Assembly: GCA_010093605.1 (NCBI GenBank)
Contig: MU004183.1
Coordinates: forward strand, 1 to 64,000
Direction: 5' to 3'
DNA from: Lophium mytilinum
Taxonomy: Eukaryota
DNA length: 64,000 nucleotides
A model generated the notes under the pieces. It was not told the DNA's origin. It saw only the letters and a list, made by a program, of their open reading frames with translations, and did no database searches. The translations under genes and the position numbers were made by a program. This document shows positions 61,543 through 64,000 of the stretch, in pieces; positions within the stretch are counted from its first letter, which is position 1; every line of letters starts with the position of its first letter.

Positions 61543-62608
61543 AGCGACTTGTGGAGAAAGTGGAGAGGGAGAAGACGGATACACTCTTTGAACACTAAAA
61601 AATGGAACGACAAGAATATTCCATCAGAGACTGCTCCTGGTAAGTTCTTCAAACACTCTAACATTTCGAATTATAATACTAACAAACGTCAGACTGAGAA
61701 TCGGCGAAGCTTTCACCTAACGCAATGATATCACACATGGCAAACAGCCAGATCGCGCACACCCTTCAAATTCCACCCGAGAAGCTTCCGTTCTTCCCTC
61801 ATGGAAAGTCATCCAGCGCCGCCCTCACCAAACCGACTCACCCGCCGCACCGACACAGAAACCAGGACGCCAGATCCGAAACCCAGGGACTCGTGACTAT
61901 TCAAGGGTGGTTTGACCGCAGTCTTGCGGTCCCTCCTTGAGGCGAGTAGTTCCGGGCTCTCTAGCTAGATGAGTTCTGTGGTGTGTCTTTTTTTTCCGGG
62001 TTCTTCGGGCTGTTTCGGTATGTGCGTACATGACGGGTAGAGAAGGGAGTGCTGGTTAAAAGAACTCGCCCGGCATGACGGGTGCTCGTCTGAATCGGTG
62101 GACTTGCAATATGGGATTCGGCGGATGGGTTTGGCTGGGGAGCTATATGGTGCCCGGATGCAGACCAAAACAGATGGGAGTGGGCAAAAATGGTTATGCA
62201 GTGCTAGGATATCTTGTCGGGGAGCTCGTGCTATGATCTATGGCTAGACTTTTGTTTTCAAGCGATATCCGGAATGTGCATAATAGAGGGAGTGCGTCCT
62301 ATGGTATATTTATGGTCTTAGGTATCCATGGTATGGTTTGGGTCTCTGGGGGACCCTATAGTTGCATTATGTTTGTTATGGCGGGAATGGCTGGCGATGC
62401 ATAAATACGATTGCAATGACTTATCAAAATCCGATTTCCATTCATTATGAGTGATTGAGGGCTCTTAGAATTGGTATTTAAATTCTTAAGGGAGCGGTTA
62501 AATGCTCTTAATATGCTAACAATCTGCCTTTCTAGTATACATGAGAAGAGAGCTGGGTATATTCGTACATCGCTGCCATCCACCTCCCATCTCCCGCATC
62601 GATATCGC

Positions 62609-63769
62609 CTACGCCTTAACCACCACACTAACCGCCTGACACATCGTCGCATTGTAGACCACGACCTCCCTGATCTTCAGCCCCGCCTCTGCAAACAACG
62701 CATCCCACTGCCCCCTCGTCCTCTCCAGCGCTCCCAAATGCGTCATCATGGCCAAATCCAATACAGCCGCTTGCCACGGCACCCCCGTGTCCGTCAACAC
62801 ACAATCATCCACCAAGATCACACTCTCCGGGCCCATCGTATCCCTGATATTCCCTAGGATCGTAACGCAGATATCATCCGGGTAATCGTGTAGAATGTTC
62901 CTGAGGTAGTAAATCCGCGCCCCTTTGACCGCTTGCGGGGTGTGGAAATCCTGCGCCACGAGCTCAATCCCCTCAAGCCCTTTCCCGAACGCCTTGACGT
63001 GCGCGATCGTCTCTGGGAGGTCCTGGAGCACGAGCTTCCCTTTCTCCGCAATCGCGGGGTACTTCTCCTTCAGCGCGACGATTTGCTGCCCCAACCCACC
63101 CCCAACATCCACGAATACCGCCTTTTCAGGCTCGCTCCACTTCCCGAGCTCTTTGTCTACCGGGAACACATCCAGCCAGCTCACGCCGCGGTGGAGTCGC
63201 ATAGCCTGATGCAGCCACTCGAACTCTTCGGGGTGGGAGCGGAACCAGTCGAAGCAGGCGAGGTCGGTATTGAACGCTTTTTGGAAGGGCGTGTGCGTGT
63301 TCGACGTTATATTCTGGTAGTTAGTCTCTTTGAGGAAGTCCGGGGTGGCCTGGATGGCAGGACCCAAAGTGTTGAAGAGATGATTGATGCCGCCATTAAG
63401 CACAGGCTGGTCCAAAGCGCGGGTGACAGAGTTGGGCGCAAAGGTGTCGGTACCGGTTTCAGCAATCGTACCCGTAGAAGCGAGGTAGCGGAGGACACGA
63501 CGCAGGAGCTCGGAGGATGCGGAGGTCTTTTCGGCGAGGGCAGCGACGGTCACGGGCGTCTTGCTCTGGGTCAGTGCAGGGAAAAGTCCGAGGTCGACGC
63601 CGACTTTGATCATTGCCACCTGCAAGTGGAGCCCCGTGAAGCGCATGGCGGTGTCGTAGGGGGTTTCAAGGGAGTATTGGAGGTCGCGGAGGGAGCGTTG
63701 GATGGCCTGGCGGCCGAGCTCGTTGGTGTTCGCCGCTAGGGCTTCGACTTGGGATATAATAGACTCCAT
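62609..63769 (-). CDS. SAM-dependent O-methyltransferase (Methyltransf_2, fungal secondary-metabolite type), 386 aa, intronless
   Basis: Winged-helix dimerisation region, VFVDVGGGLG, LVLQDLPE, AQDFHTPQ, YYLRNILHDYPD, LDLAMM..LGALERT. Confidence 0.95.
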   Translation of the reverse strand: MESIISQVEALAANTNELGRQAIQRSLRDLQYSLETPYDTAMRFTGLHLQVAMIKVGVDLGLFPALTQSKTPVTVAALAEKTSASSELLRRVLRYLASTGTIAETGTDTFAPNSVTRALDQPVLNGGINHLFNTLGPAIQATPDFLKETNYQNITSNTHTPFQKAFNTDLACFDWFRSHPEEFEWLHQAMRLHRGVSWLDVFPVDKELGKWSEPEKAVFVDVGGGLGQQIVALKEKYPAIAEKGKLVLQDLPETIAHVKAFGKGLEGIELVAQDFHTPQAVKGARIYYLRNILHDYPDDICVTILGNIRDTMGPESVILVDDCVLTDTGVPWQAAVLDLAMMTHLGALERTRGQWDALFAEAGLKIREVVVYNATMCQAVSVVVKA

Positions 63770-64000
63770 AGTAAAAACAGCAGCGATTTCGACAGAAAAG
63801 GGGCAAAATGTGGTAGAAGTACAAGTAATGTATGAATAGCTAATGATATGGAGCCGTGAATTGTGAAATGTTGAATAGCGAACTGGAGCAGATGGCCGTC
63901 TTTAAATACCCCTTGACTCGCTCATAGTATCACTATTACTTACAACTCGTTTAAATACCACCACCAACCGTTGAACCTCTCCTAGCAAGCGCTGCGTACC

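Noticed and set aside
45941..63739. Long antisense ORFs (45941-46615, 54571-55152, 60609-61400, 62933-63739)
   Set aside because: Each overlaps a well-supported gene on the opposite strand and is explained by codon bias.
1..64000. Starship element
   Set aside because: No DUF3435 tyrosine-recombinase captain or boundary repeats recognised in this window. One outside the window cannot be excluded.

Overview
Eukaryotic, filamentous-ascomycete (Pezizomycotina-type) DNA: short GT-AG introns with CTRAY branch sites, and AT-rich, TpA-saturated blocks typical of RIP (repeat-induced point mutation). 1-13.56 kb is a RIP-destroyed block. Read on the minus strand with RIP reversed, it holds an intron-containing SNF2 helicase gene, a ~5-kb ORF of unknown function and a 3x ~215-bp repeat, all linked by nine copies of a ~38-bp hairpin. 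I interpret this as a probable multi-gene mobile element; a truncated Mutator (MULE) transposon lies beside it. A GH92 alpha-mannosidase follows. Next is a cluster of five paralogous zf-MYND genes with an unrecognised N-terminal domain: two intact, one with a nonsense codon, one frameshifted, and one split by a hAT transposon that itself carries a nested Gypsy/chromovirus (both target-site duplications, TSDs, visible). A FAD monooxygenase sits inside that cluster. Then come two Mutator-type MITEs, a HET-domain/transmembrane gene, an 8-Cys small secreted protein, a convergent F-box gene/pseudogene pair, four SAP/HeH-like genes or pseudogenes (three with APC/C degron-like motifs) and an O-methyltransferase. 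Gene models were spliced and translated by hand; no database searches were run.
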